Notes: generated by a model from the sequence alone, not told the origin. 64,000 bases of DNA from an uncultured Gammaproteobacteria bacterium (GCA_965231005.1 OZ246405.1:295204-359203), one strand, 5' to 3'; positions 8,033-18,090 are shown, numbered from the stretch's first letter. Translations and numbers: made by a program.

Positions 8033-8236
8033 TCAACAGTGGTTGTCAGCAGAGTAGCTATTGCACTGGCTGCAGTAGAAGAGTGACTTGGGGCCTTGGT
8101 CGGTTTGGGTGGTCCTTACGGCCAAAACCCTGTTCTGGCAGCCAGATGTACCACATTCTCGCTTTCTGTTGAACTTTCTTGTGCGAAGCACATGCCGCAT
8201 GAGAACGATTCCTTCTTGTCCTTGGACGTCCTGCAT
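8033..8236 (-). CDS. small zinc-ribbon-like hypothetical protein (67 aa), GC-rich island gene
   Basis: GGAGGAGG Shine-Dalgarno 5 nt before the ATG. Contains CGTSGC...CSQC. Confidence 0.4.
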   Translation of the reverse strand: MQDVQGQEGIVLMRHVLRTRKFNRKRECGTSGCQNRVLAVRTTQTDQGPKSLFYCSQCNSYSADNHC

Positions 8237-8583
8237 GACCTCCTCCTATAGGTTGGAAACGCTGATTGTGCGTTTTGGTCCTATAGAAATATATAAGAGA
8301 TATTGAGGAGTGTCAACGTTTTTAAGGGTGATTTTTATATAAAAGGCTTATTTTAGCCAAATATTGCCATTTTCCTCTTGACAAAAGCCCTTTTTTGTGC
8401 TATACTGCTATGTCTACTTACAATGGAATATAGTACGAGAATCGTGGTATATTTCTGTAAGGGATGGATCTTTACAAACATCATCACACTAGTCGGATGG
8501 GTGATTGTAGTTAAGCTGAAAAAAGACTGATTACAACCACTCATTCGACAACAACGTTCGCAAACATAGCACAAGGAGCTCAC

Positions 8584-9066
8584 ATGCGATACATCTTTCT
8601 GGCCATCATCAGCGCGGCCTTCCTCATTCCCACCCACAACGCCGAGGCAGCGACCAAAGCGTCCGATGTCGCCAAGGTCATCAAGCTCATGACCAAGCCT
8701 GGTCGCACCAAGGGCGCGCTGTCCAAGAAGCGCTACAACAAGGGCAGCAGCTACCAGATCGTATTCCGGTCCAAGGGGATGCGCTACACGTTCTACTACT
8801 CGGGCAAGACCTTCGGCAACGGCATGAAGGTCGACGAGCCGTGGCTGGCAGTCTGGGTTCGCAAGGACGGTACTCGCGGTCTTCGACACCTCGATTCTTT
8901 CTCCGACCGTATGCTCGACGGCACCGTCAATGGTGGTGGCGCCAAGAACGGCAAGGAGAAGAACTTCGATGACCACCCACGTCGAGCTGAAGGCAAGCAG
9001 TACCGTGCGTACTGGCAGCGTCAGTACGATCTCGCGATCAAGCGTGCCCTGAAGCGACTTCGCTGA
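8584..9066 (+). CDS. secreted hypothetical protein (signal peptide), GC-rich island gene
   Basis: N-terminal signal peptide MRYIFLAIISAAFLIPTHNAEA. RBS ACAAGGAG. The antisense ORF 8353..9162 is judged spurious. Confidence 0.6.
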   Translation: MRYIFLAIISAAFLIPTHNAEAATKASDVAKVIKLMTKPGRTKGALSKKRYNKGSSYQIVFRSKGMRYTFYYSGKTFGNGMKVDEPWLAVWVRKDGTRGLRHLDSFSDRMLDGTVNGGGAKNGKEKNFDDHPRRAEGKQYRAYWQRQYDLAIKRALKRLR

Positions 9067-9516
9067 CGGACAACAGAAGGTGTGATGATGTGGTCGGAGT
9101 GATCTGACCAAAGATTCTTTGGGGCGTAGATGCAAGTCACGCCCCCACCTTCTTTTGTACATTTATAAAGTGTGCAGAAGAGGAAAAATATTTCAAGAAT
9201 ATTTTTTCTGTCGTTATGAGTGTGACACAATTTGATTTGAGTAATCTATTTACTTTTTAATAAGTCGAAAGAGTACTTCGTCACTTTGTTCCTCGCAATG
9301 ACAGTAGAGGCTCTTTACAAGTCGTCAATCAAGTGAAGTATTTGTTACACTATAATATAGTGTGTCGTATGCTTCACTTGAAAAAGTTGGAGTGCAATAT
9401 GCTTTGCGTGTACAGAAGATTCGTTCCATTTGGGGAACGCATCAAGATTCAAACGAATCGTTGTACGGGACGCTTAGCATCCTTCTGTCATGCGTGACAA
9501 GAGAAGGGAGAGAAAA

Positions 9517-10266
9517 ATGGCTACCACAACTTCAACCATCGAACCACCTGCCCCGCCCCGTTACCGTGAACCCACCTGGTGGGACAAATTCCGCGAGACG
9601 CCTCACTGGCTGCCGAACGGCACGTACCGTCAGGACGCGGCCATCTGGTTCGGCATGTTCGGCTCGTTCATCTTCCTCGCCGCACCGATCGTGGGTTATG
9701 TCCAGCCGACCTCGCATAACATCCTGGATGCGTACATGGCGGTCTGGACTTTCCTGACTTCGGAGTCCACCTGGATTGGTGCTGGCAAGCTCGTCGGTTT
9801 CCTCGGCGGTGGGACGATCGCAGTGTTTCTTGCGCTCGCCATTTTCTTCGGAAGCCTGTACCTCGCCTTTCGGTTCGTGCTAGAGCCGATCGGTCGGGGA
9901 TGGAACAGGCTCATGGCCTGGGATCATCGTCGGCTGTACGGCAAGTACGAAGACGAGATCGCAGAGCTCCGCAGGAAGCTGTGGGCGTCCAATGACAAGG
10001 TCGAGTCGCAGCTGACAGAGCTGGAAATGCGAGACCGGCAGGTCGAAAACCTTGAGCAAGCCCAGTCCGACCTGACCTGGTCAGTGGCATGTGTTGCTGC
10101 TGAGCTCAAGGCGGACGTGCGGAAGCGAGGAGCAGCGAACGCTCGTGTCAAGAAGGGCATTCGGAGGAAACTGATCCAGGGTCTGAAGCTTTCGATCCCA
10201 GAGCAGCGTCGACTGGACCACCTCCTGGCTCAGGCCAACCGCGTAGTCAACGGCGACATCGACTAG
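9517..10266 (+). CDS. hypothetical membrane protein with a C-terminal coiled coil, GC-rich island gene
   Basis: RBS AAGGGAGAG before the internal ATG (MATTTS). Two or three TM helices, then a coiled coil. Confidence 0.5.
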   Translation: MATTTSTIEPPAPPRYREPTWWDKFRETPHWLPNGTYRQDAAIWFGMFGSFIFLAAPIVGYVQPTSHNILDAYMAVWTFLTSESTWIGAGKLVGFLGGGTIAVFLALAIFFGSLYLAFRFVLEPIGRGWNRLMAWDHRRLYGKYEDEIAELRRKLWASNDKVESQLTELEMRDRQVENLEQAQSDLTWSVACVAAELKADVRKRGAANARVKKGIRRKLIQGLKLSIPEQRRLDHLLAQANRVVNGDID

Positions 10267-10543
10267 TACAACTCACTAACTCTTCGGAGTTTGGGCAAGA
10301 GTGATTGTACGCATGTTCAACAATTCACAAGGGGGGATCGAGACTACTTGCCCAGTCTCGATATCCCATCATGCTTCTCAATATTGAGAAACATGTAGGA
10401 CAAAAAATCTGTCTTTTACGACAGTTTTTTTGTTGCTATTTTTGATTTTGTTTAAAAAAGGCCTGTTTTTATTGATTTATTTGATCTAAATTATTAGGTA
10501 CTAGATAATAGTTATTAGTTATTATTTTTAATAGGGAGGGAAT

Positions 10544-12565
10544 ATGAAATATGCAACGCACTATTCGTTGCCTGTCATATGTATTGTTCTTTTTTTTCTA
10601 AGCTCATCAGTTGTGTTTGCTCAAACAACAACAAGTACACAAGCCATTGAAAAAAAATATGCAGCATGTGTAAAAGAATATGAAGATGCAAAAAAGAAAC
10701 TTGAAACAAATGCAACGACTTCAACAAAAAAAAATGCTGTGAAAGAGAAAAGTCATTCTTCATCTTCAAATAATAATTCATCACAACAAGTTTTACCCAT
10801 TATCACATCAGTTGTTATCAATGAAGTGCTACCAAACCCAAAAGGAACAGACAGTGAAGATGAATTTATTGAAATAAAAAATGCCTCAGCAAAAGAAATT
10901 AATTTAGATAAATGGAAATTAGCAGATGCAACAAAAAAAAGATTTACATTAAAAAATATATCAATTGGACCGCATGAAATTATTGTTTTTAAAAGAACAG
11001 AAACAAATATTTCTTTAAACAATTCAGGAAAGGAGGATGTGCGATTATTTGATCAGCATGATCGACTTGTAGAACAAATTACCTATGAAGGAAAGGTAGA
11101 AGAAGACCAAAGTTATGCACGCGGAAAAGACAATTTATTTTTTTGGACAAAAAATATAACGCCCGGGTTTGAAAATAAAGTTGTAAACGATGTTGCAGAA
11201 AATCATTTATCTGAGAATACAACAACGAGTACAAAACATACAACCACAACAGAACAATTAAAAATTAAGGATTCAAAGAAAAGAGAAGGAAGCGCTGAGT
11301 CTTCTCAGGATCAAAAGAAAGAAGTTGATGCAGATAATACTGTATCCCAAAATTTGTCTAATAAATTTTGGTCACATATTGAAATTTCAGAATTTATTCC
11401 AAATCCAATTGGATCTGATGATTCTGAGTTTATTGAACTGTATAATCCAACTGAAACAGATATTGATATTTCTAGTATACAAATTGACGATGAAGAAGGT
11501 GGTTCCAAACCGTATACAATACCAGATAATACAATAATACAGGCAAAGAAATTTTTGGTTTTTCAAAGAGAAGATACTGGATTAGCCCTAAATAATACAG
11601 GAGATGCTGTACGCTTGCTTCTTAAAGATGGAAAGGTTCTACAGCAAGCTCGTTATGAAAAAGCAGTTGAAGGTGTGAGCTATATTAAAGATGAAGATGG
11701 GGATTGGGTTATGACAGATTTTGTTACGCCAGGGGAAGAAAATAAAATGCAAGTGGTAGAGCAAGAAGATCCTGGCACAATTGAGGAAAAAGATAAACCA
11801 GTTATAGAGACAATGGCTAGTCAGATTTCACAATTTGATGTTGGAGATAGAATTTCCATTCAAGGAGTTGTTGGTGTGTTGCCAGGAGTATATGGTTCTC
11901 AATATTTTTATATTGCAGAAACTGATTCTGCTAGCACAACATATGGTGTACAAATATATCAGTACAAGAAAGAATTTCCAGATTTGCACGTTGGCGATGC
12001 GGTTCAAATTATTGGAGAGATGTCAGAAACACAAGGAGAAGCGCGTATTAAAGTTAAAACAAAAGAAGATATTGTTTTTTTAGAAGATGGAATTTTGCTA
12101 TCTCCCGTACAAACAGAGCTTGCAAATGTTAGTGAGTCAACTGTTGGTTCTTTTGTAAAAGTGAAAGGCGAAATAACAGAATTAAAAGGTTCGTATATGT
12201 ATATTGATGATGGGACAGCAGAGCTGAGAATTTATTTTAAACGTGGAGCAAACATTAGCAAAGAAAAATTAAAGCTTGGAGATATTGTGACAGTTGTTGG
12301 ATTTGTAAATAAAACAAAACAAGGGTATCAAGTGCTCCCTCGATCACAAGATGATATTAAAAAAATAGGGGTTGCCCAATCTGCAGTTCTTGAACATAAA
12401 GATAAAGAAAAAGAAAGTCAAAAAGAAGTTGCAGAAAAATATTTAACAGCCACGGCTGGAGGTCTCACTTCACTCATTGTCGGTTTATTTGCAAAGACAA
12501 GAGGCGCCATTGCAAAGGGGATTATGATGAAGCTAAAAGATGGAATTTCGTTTGTCTTTAAGTAA
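10544..12565 (+). CDS. secreted protein with two lamin-tail domains (LTD) and a C-terminal TM anchor
   Basis: Signal peptide. LTD motifs VVINEVLPNPKGTDSEDEFIEIKN and IEISEFIPNPIGSDDSEFIELYN. Confidence 0.7.
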   Translation: MKYATHYSLPVICIVLFFLSSSVVFAQTTTSTQAIEKKYAACVKEYEDAKKKLETNATTSTKKNAVKEKSHSSSSNNNSSQQVLPIITSVVINEVLPNPKGTDSEDEFIEIKNASAKEINLDKWKLADATKKRFTLKNISIGPHEIIVFKRTETNISLNNSGKEDVRLFDQHDRLVEQITYEGKVEEDQSYARGKDNLFFWTKNITPGFENKVVNDVAENHLSENTTTSTKHTTTTEQLKIKDSKKREGSAESSQDQKKEVDADNTVSQNLSNKFWSHIEISEFIPNPIGSDDSEFIELYNPTETDIDISSIQIDDEEGGSKPYTIPDNTIIQAKKFLVFQREDTGLALNNTGDAVRLLLKDGKVLQQARYEKAVEGVSYIKDEDGDWVMTDFVTPGEENKMQVVEQEDPGTIEEKDKPVIETMASQISQFDVGDRISIQGVVGVLPGVYGSQYFYIAETDSASTTYGVQIYQYKKEFPDLHVGDAVQIIGEMSETQGEARIKVKTKEDIVFLEDGILLSPVQTELANVSESTVGSFVKVKGEITELKGSYMYIDDGTAELRIYFKRGANISKEKLKLGDIVTVVGFVNKTKQGYQVLPRSQDDIKKIGVAQSAVLEHKDKEKESQKEVAEKYLTATAGGLTSLIVGLFAKTRGAIAKGIMMKLKDGISFVFK

Positions 12566-12605
12566 TATTGACGGACGAGAATATTATTCATATAATGCAT
12601 AAGCT

Positions 12606-12920
12606 ATGACAAAACAAATAATGAAAAAATTAAAAGAACATGACAAGAGATTCGACAAGATGGATAAAAGGTTTGATTCACATGAGAAGAGACTAGACAC
12701 GTTAGGAAATTATATGTTGAAGAATACTCGTAGGATTGATGAGCTATCAGAGAAAGTTGATACGTTGTTGCAAAGAATTCCAGAAGGGCTGCATGAAATT
12801 TTAGATGCACTTGTTGGAAACGATAAAAGACATGACCAAGAATTGATTTTTGCAAACGAACACTTCAAAAGAATTGACAAAGATATTGAAAAAATAAAAC
12901 CATTAGTCGGGCTTACATAA
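12606..12920 (+). CDS. hypothetical coiled-coil protein
   Basis: Repeated KRFD/KRLD heptad-like segments. A terminator follows at 12932-12958. Confidence 0.45.
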   Translation: MTKQIMKKLKEHDKRFDKMDKRFDSHEKRLDTLGNYMLKNTRRIDELSEKVDTLLQRIPEGLHEILDALVGNDKRHDQELIFANEHFKRIDKDIEKIKPLVGLT

Positions 12921-12973
12921 ATTGTAAACAAAGGCCACTCACAATTTGAGTGGTTTTTTGGTATAATAAATAC

Positions 12974-14674
12974 ATGGACAATATTTTTCTTCAAATAAGT
13001 GCACTACTTGGTATTACCATAAGTATTGCATTTGTCATTCGCTTTTTACGACAACCACTTATGGTTGCGTATATTATTGCAGGCATGGTCGCAGGCCCGC
13101 TCTTTTTAAATTTGATCCAAGGTGACTCCCATTTATTTGAGGCATTTGCAGAATTTGGTGTTGTACTGTTGTTGTTTGTGGTAGGATTGAGTTTAAATTT
13201 TGATCATATTAAAAAAATTGGGAAAGTTTCAACTGTGACAGGTATTGGTCAAGTAATATTTACGTCATTCATTGGGTATGCCATTCTACGCTATCTTGGA
13301 TTTGAACATATTTCTTCTTTATATGTTGCACTCGCTCTCACATTTTCAAGTACAATTATTATTGTAAAACTTTTGGCAGATAAAAAGGATTCTCAGTCAG
13401 TGTATGGTCGTCATGTTATTGGTCTCATGGTTGTGCAGGATCTTATTGCGATTCTCGTTATGGTTGTTATTACTTCTATTGGAAGTGAAGGGGGAGTACT
13501 ATCGGGTGTGAGTCTTTCTTTACTAAAATTATTAGCACTTGTTGGATTCATTTATTTACTTGCTAAATTTGTTCTTCCAAAAATTTTGGATCAAGTTGCA
13601 AACTCATCTGAATTTTTATTTATATTTACGATCGCGTGGTGTTTTGGCATTGCCAGCTTGTTGTATGCGTTAGGATTTTCAATAGAAATCGGAGCAATAA
13701 TCGCAGGACTTTCTCTTGGCTCCTCACCGTACCAACCAGAGATTAGTAGTCGTATTCGTCCGCTCAGAGATTTTTTCATTGTTCTCTTTTTCATTATTTT
13801 GGGAAGTGAAATGCAAATTGGGGATATTGATTCAATGTTGGCTCCAGCACTTATTCTTTCAGCTTTCATTCTTTTTGGAAATTCACTTCTTTTGTACATT
13901 TTGTTTCGATTGCTCAAGTTTACCAGGCGGAACAGTTTTTTGGCCGGCGTCACCGCAGCACAAGTAAGTGAGTTTGGTTTTGTTCTTTTGTTTGTTGGTG
14001 TGCAAGCTGGTCATATTAGTGGGGCAGAAATGCCAATTTTTACTATTGTTGCACTTATTACAATTTTTGTTTCGTCATATGCAATTACATACAATGAACA
14101 ATTGTATAGTTTCTTTTTGCCAATTTTTAATTTTTTTGGAAAAGATAAATATCAGCAACTTGAAAAAGACCAAGAACCATTTACTGTCTGGGTATTTGGA
14201 TATCATCGTATTGGATGGAAAGTCGTTGAAGCACTGCAAGAAAAAAAGATTCGGTTTGCAGTTGTTGATTTTGATCCGAAAGCAATTTCTCGTTTAAAGC
14301 ACCGAGGAATGGATGCCTACTTTGGTGATGCGGCTGACGTTGAGTTTTTATCTACTTTACCGCTTGAAAAATCAAAATTGATCATCTCTACACTTCCAGA
14401 ATCTGATGACCAAGTTACTATGATTAAATATGTTCGAGGAAAATCTGAGAAGCCATTTATCATTGCAAATTTATATGAAAATAAATATTTAGAAGATTTG
14501 TATGAATCAGGTGCAGATTATGTTATGATGCCACATCTTCTTGGTGGAAGTTGGGTGTCAAATATTTTAAAAAATGAACCATGGACGAAGAGAACATTTG
14601 GAAGATTGCGGAAAGAACAAAAAGAAGAAATGAAGTTGCGGTTTAGCTCTGATACAACAACAGTAGAAATATAA
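12974..14674 (+). CDS. CPA2-family cation:proton antiporter (Kef-type) with a C-terminal TrkA-N/RCK domain
   Basis: About 12 TM helices, then a Rossmann segment WVFGYHRIGWKVVEAL. A TATAAT hexamer lies 6 nt before the ATG, so the mRNA may be leaderless. Confidence 0.8.
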   Translation: MDNIFLQISALLGITISIAFVIRFLRQPLMVAYIIAGMVAGPLFLNLIQGDSHLFEAFAEFGVVLLLFVVGLSLNFDHIKKIGKVSTVTGIGQVIFTSFIGYAILRYLGFEHISSLYVALALTFSSTIIIVKLLADKKDSQSVYGRHVIGLMVVQDLIAILVMVVITSIGSEGGVLSGVSLSLLKLLALVGFIYLLAKFVLPKILDQVANSSEFLFIFTIAWCFGIASLLYALGFSIEIGAIIAGLSLGSSPYQPEISSRIRPLRDFFIVLFFIILGSEMQIGDIDSMLAPALILSAFILFGNSLLLYILFRLLKFTRRNSFLAGVTAAQVSEFGFVLLFVGVQAGHISGAEMPIFTIVALITIFVSSYAITYNEQLYSFFLPIFNFFGKDKYQQLEKDQEPFTVWVFGYHRIGWKVVEALQEKKIRFAVVDFDPKAISRLKHRGMDAYFGDAADVEFLSTLPLEKSKLIISTLPESDDQVTMIKYVRGKSEKPFIIANLYENKYLEDLYESGADYVMMPHLLGGSWVSNILKNEPWTKRTFGRLRKEQKEEMKLRFSSDTTTVEI

Positions 14675-14705
14675 AAAGATGAACGGCAGTCGATGACTGC
14701 CGTTT

Positions 14706-15344
14706 TTAACCTCCCTTTGTTTGTTCTCTGGACGCAGCCGTCGCGACTGCTTGTGCAACTGCTGCCACGCTTCGCTGGTTTGCTGCAGTAACATTGCTTC
14801 CTTTGTAGAGGTTGGAGACATGATGGTCAAGCTCTGTTGATCCCCAGATGACAACCACGTCAGCCCAGGCAATGTCTGCCCTTGCTTGTGTTCGGTTTCT
14901 CCGCTTTGTGCCGTGCACAAGCCGCAGATTGATATCGCTTCCAACAAAACCAGCCAAGGCTTTTCGACTGCTTGGAGAGCCACCGACTACACAGACTTGG
15001 CTCCATCCAACATTGCGACAAGCTTGAATCATTTTGCGTACAGCTCGTTGGTTTGATGATCCTCCACAGATCTGGCAGAAATGCTGCTTTGCAGCGCGCG
15101 CTACAAACCGTTCTCCCTTGACCACACCTGCCTCAGTTCTGCAATCCCCTCGATCGCAGACGAGCAATACGAATTCTGCAAGAAGTTTCTTTGCCGTTTC
15201 GATTTTTTTTGTACTGATTCGTTTCTTGCTAGGTCTACTAACCCCAGCATCTTCGAGAATCAACTCAAAGATCTCCATGTCACCGGCATACCCAAGCGAC
15301 AAAAGGAGATCAGCTTTTGACACATCGGGATTTCCCTTAGTCAT
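14706..15344 (-). CDS. hypothetical protein (possibly DUF2325-like), GC-rich island gene
   Basis: AAGGAGG Shine-Dalgarno 5 nt upstream of the ATG. C-terminal VVVIWGSTELDHH. GC content is visibly higher than in the neighbours. Confidence 0.45.
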   Translation of the reverse strand: MTKGNPDVSKADLLLSLGYAGDMEIFELILEDAGVSRPSKKRISTKKIETAKKLLAEFVLLVCDRGDCRTEAGVVKGERFVARAAKQHFCQICGGSSNQRAVRKMIQACRNVGWSQVCVVGGSPSSRKALAGFVGSDINLRLVHGTKRRNRTQARADIAWADVVVIWGSTELDHHVSNLYKGSNVTAANQRSVAAVAQAVATAASREQTKGG

Positions 15345-15448
15345 GTCTTCCTCCTTATGAAAGGGTTTTGCCGAAAGAGTATTTTACGGTATTCCACACC
15401 ATTTGTCAATGGTTGGATATGAAGTTTTGCTAATTTTTTAATAAAAAA

Positions 15449-15470
15449 AAAGACCTTGCGGTCTTTTTTG
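15449..15470 (-). terminator. terminator of the tRNA operon (bidirectional hairpin)
   Basis: AGACC-ttgc-GGTCT flanked by an A-run and a T-run. Confidence 0.5.
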
Positions 15471-15474
15471 TTCG

Positions 15475-15548
15475 TCGGAGTGAAAGGACTTGAACCTTCG
15501 ACCCCTGCGTCCCAAACGCAGTGCTCTAGCCAACTGAGCTACACTCCG
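15475..15548 (-). tRNA. tRNA-Pro (UGG)
   Basis: Cloverleaf. Acceptor CGGAGTG/CACTCCG. Anticodon loop TTTGGGA. T-loop TTCAAGT. Confidence 0.85.
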
Positions 15549-15589
15549 GTATAGGCTGTTATTATTATTTTTGTTTTTATATTGGATTT

Positions 15590-15653
15590 CAGATTGTGCT
15601 CTAGCCTCAGCCAAAGGCTGATCCGCCTCTGGCGGAAACTGAGCTACACTCCG
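15590..15653 (-). pseudogene. tRNA-Pro 5'-end fragment (CGGAGTGTAGCTCAG) fused to a hairpin-rich insert
   Basis: The first 15 nt are identical to the tRNA-Pro 5' end. Hairpins CCGCC-agag-GCGG and CAGCC-tttg-GCTG follow. There is no anticodon, T-arm or 3' acceptor. Confidence 0.35.
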
Positions 15654-15689
15654 ATGTGTTTTTTCACATTGTGAAGTGTGCCAGTTTAT

Positions 15690-15775
15690 CCCAACTGTCC
15701 CGAAGCCTCGACTTTGTCGAGGGTACGGGACTCCGACTGAACGCTTTGCGTTCACGTCGGAGAGCTACACTCCGA
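15690..15775 (-). pseudogene. second tRNA-Pro 5'-end fragment (CGGAGTGTAGCTC) fused to a strongly structured insert
   Basis: Contains a 13-bp stem TCCGACGTGAACGC/GCGTTCAGTCGGA and a GTCCCG...CGGGAC helix. Confidence 0.3.
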
Positions 15776-15838
15776 TGCTTCATCAATGCTTTGCAGCGCA
15801 AGCGAGTGTGCCTGCACTTCGAAGCCTTGGCGAAGAAG

Positions 15839-15910
15839 TGCCGAGGGTGAGAATCGAACTCACGACACGAGGCTCTTCAGGCCCCTGCTCTACCACTGAG
15901 CTACCTCGGC
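15839..15910 (-). tRNA. tRNA-Phe (GAA)
   Basis: GCCGAGGTAGCTCAGTGGTAGAGC...CTGAAGA...GTTCGATTC...CCTCGGCA. Confidence 0.9.
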
Positions 15911-15951
15911 GTTATACAATAATCGTCCATCGAAAGATGGACGATGTTTGT

Positions 15952-16027
15952 TGGTGGACCGAACAGGACTCGAACCCGCCACCTCCGCAGTGCAAATGCG
16001 GCGCTCTACCAGATGAGCTATCGGCCC
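15952..16027 (-). tRNA. tRNA-Ala (UGC), CCA encoded
   Basis: GGGCCGATAGCTCA...anticodon loop TTTGCAC...GGTTCGAGTCC...TCGGTCCACCA. Confidence 0.9.
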
Positions 16028-16069
16028 GTGATTTTTATTCTTTCTTCCAAAGTAAATAAAAGCGACATA

Positions 16070-16098
16070 ATTATACCAATAGATGGAATAAATGTCAA
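16070..16098 (-). promoter_or_regulatory. consensus sigma-70 promoter driving the tRNA-Ala/Phe/Pro operon
   Basis: Minus strand reads TTGACA, then a 17-nt spacer, then TATAAT. Confidence 0.6.
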
Positions 16099-16176
16099 TG
16101 GTTTCTGTGAGTAATGAGAAAGAACAAAAAAATCCCTTTATATTCCTGTTTTGATGGATAATATATAGAGATTCTT

Positions 16177-16464
16177 TTATTTTTTTACAATTTTGTAGAA
16201 TTCTTGAAGATAAAGAAGATCCTCTTTTATGTCTTTTAAGATGCTATTCTTTTTGTTTGCTTTTTGATCGAGTAGGTCGATCACTGTTGCTAGCGTTGAA
16301 AAATAGCTGTCAGTTTCAATATGAAATGCCAGATTTTTTCTTCTGCACTCTGCTCTCTCTTCTTTGTCATGTAAAAGAAGACAATGGTCATTGTTTCCAA
16401 TAACAAAATCTTTTAGGGCAATTGGTTTATATAGTTTTGTTTGTATCATATTACATGTATTCAT
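16177..16464 (-). CDS. hypothetical protein
   Basis: ORF downstream of radC. The start is ambiguous, at 16464 or 16449. Confidence 0.35.
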   Translation of the reverse strand: MNTCNMIQTKLYKPIALKDFVIGNNDHCLLLHDKEERAECRRKNLAFHIETDSYFSTLATVIDLLDQKANKKNSILKDIKEDLLYLQEFYKIVKK

Positions 16465-17200
16465 GAGGCACGCTTGTAAATCCTTTTTTTGTAATAATAA
16501 TATGATCAAGTAGGTCAACACCAAGAATGTCTGCAGCTTGTGAAAGCTGCTGCGTTACTTCGATGTCAGCCTTGGTTGGCTTTGCACTCCCAGATGGATG
16601 ATTGTGTGCAATAATCACTGCCGCTGCTGAGTACTCAAATGCAGGTTTAAATACTTCACGTGGGTGAACAATATTTGCAGTAAGACTTCCAATAGAAATT
16701 ATTTCATCATGAATTAATTTGTATCTGCTGTTTAGATAGAGTCCACGTAATTGTTCTTTTGGCAATTCTCGCATGTCTCTTAAATAATTGTATGCTTGCT
16801 TTGCTGTGCGAATAGTAATTGCACGTCCTGGTTTTTTTTGAAAAAAACGTCTTCCAAGTTCAAAGCAGGCAACAACCTGACAAGATTTTCCGAGTGGAAT
16901 TGATAATTCTTTTTGCAGCACGGTTGGATCTGTCTGGGTACTTATATTTTTCTCACCGTATTCTTGAATAATGCGAGAAGACATAGCAAGTACTTCTTCT
17001 TTTTTTGTACCGACACTCAAAACGATTGCCATAAGTTCTTTTGTAGAGAGTGCTTGTACTCCATGTTTGATAAGACGTTCACGAGGTTTGTCTTCTTCTG
17101 CGAGGTCCCTTACTTTTAGAACATATGATTTTCCCACATTGTCGAGAATGAGATCATTGTCTCGTAACATATATATTGGTTGTATAGTTTGTGTTTTCAT
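16451..17200 (-). CDS. radC: RadC-like JAB/MPN domain protein (UPF0758)
   Basis: JAMM motif HNHPSGSAKPTKADIEVT. HhH region GVQALSTKELMAIVL. Confidence 0.85.
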   Translation of the reverse strand: MKTQTIQPIYMLRDNDLILDNVGKSYVLKVRDLAEEDKPRERLIKHGVQALSTKELMAIVLSVGTKKEEVLAMSSRIIQEYGEKNISTQTDPTVLQKELSIPLGKSCQVVACFELGRRFFQKKPGRAITIRTAKQAYNYLRDMRELPKEQLRGLYLNSRYKLIHDEIISIGSLTANIVHPREVFKPAFEYSAAAVIIAHNHPSGSAKPTKADIEVTQQLSQAADILGVDLLDHIIITKKGFTSVPHEYM

Positions 17201-17400
17201 ATGAATTCATTGTATCAAATTATATTTTTTGCGTACATTTTTTTTATTTTTATTTATAAAATTAAACAAATTGTTTAATTTGCAGCAGAAAACACAAGAC
17301 TGGACAGAATAAAATAAAACGTGTAAGATGGGAATAATTTTTTATTAGAACATATATGCCCCTAAAGATTTTATTGATTCAAATTAGAGGAGACAAAAAA

Positions 17401-18090
17401 ATGGCTGAGCATGAGTTTTCAGTTGTTGCCAGAACTGCTGGTCTTTCAGAAGAAAGTATCACATCTATTAATGTGTTGCACAATGAGAAATTGCCACTAG
17501 AGGAACTAAAAACATATGATGCTGTGATTATGGGTGGTTCAGGTGGACATTCAGTTGTAGACAAGAATTCTTGTGATATATATTTGGAAGATGCTGTTCG
17601 ATTTTGTAAAGAAAATGACATTCCTTTTCTAGGATTATGCTATGGATTTCAAATTGCAGTAAATGCTCTTGGTGGAAAAGTAATAAATGATATTGAAAAC
17701 ATGGAAACAGGAATGTATACACTTTACAGAACAGATGATTCAGACAATGATCCGCTTGTTGGTCAATTGCCAAAGGAATTTCTTGCTGGATGTGGAAGGC
17801 AAGATAGAGCAGAAACATTGCCTCCTGGAGCCGTTAATTATGTGTATAGTGATCGTTGTCCATATCATTATTTCACATTCCCAAATAGCACATTTTTTGC
17901 TGTTCAATTTCATCCAGAATTATGGAAAAAAGAGGATAATATTATTCGAATAAAATTCTATATGGAAAAATATGGTTTGGATGAAGAAAAATTGCAAGAA
18001 CAGCTAAAAATGTTTCAAGTTGATGCGCCTGAGAGTGCACCTATTTTAAAGAATTTTATTGAAGTGGTAAAAAGGAATAAGAGGAATTAA
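17401..18090 (+). CDS. class I glutamine amidotransferase-like protein
   Basis: GLCYGFQIAVNALGG with the catalytic Cys; FHPE motif. RBS GAGGAG. A paralog lies at 32285..33031. Confidence 0.7.
   Translation: MAEHEFSVVARTAGLSEESITSINVLHNEKLPLEELKTYDAVIMGGSGGHSVVDKNSCDIYLEDAVRFCKENDIPFLGLCYGFQIAVNALGGKVINDIENMETGMYTLYRTDDSDNDPLVGQLPKEFLAGCGRQDRAETLPPGAVNYVYSDRCPYHYFTFPNSTFFAVQFHPELWKKEDNIIRIKFYMEKYGLDEEKLQEQLKMFQVDAPESAPILKNFIEVVKRNKRN

Noticed and set aside
8353-9162. 269-aa minus-strand ORF
   Set aside because: It is antisense to 8584..9066, which has an RBS and a signal peptide. It has no RBS and a GC-driven open frame.
14567-14983. 138-aa minus-strand ORF
   Set aside because: It overlaps the 3' end of the antiporter gene and the DUF2325-like gene in other frames. 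There is no RBS.
15438-16059. ORFs 15438..15755 (minus) and 15676..16059 (plus)
   Set aside because: They lie entirely over tRNA genes and tRNA fragments.
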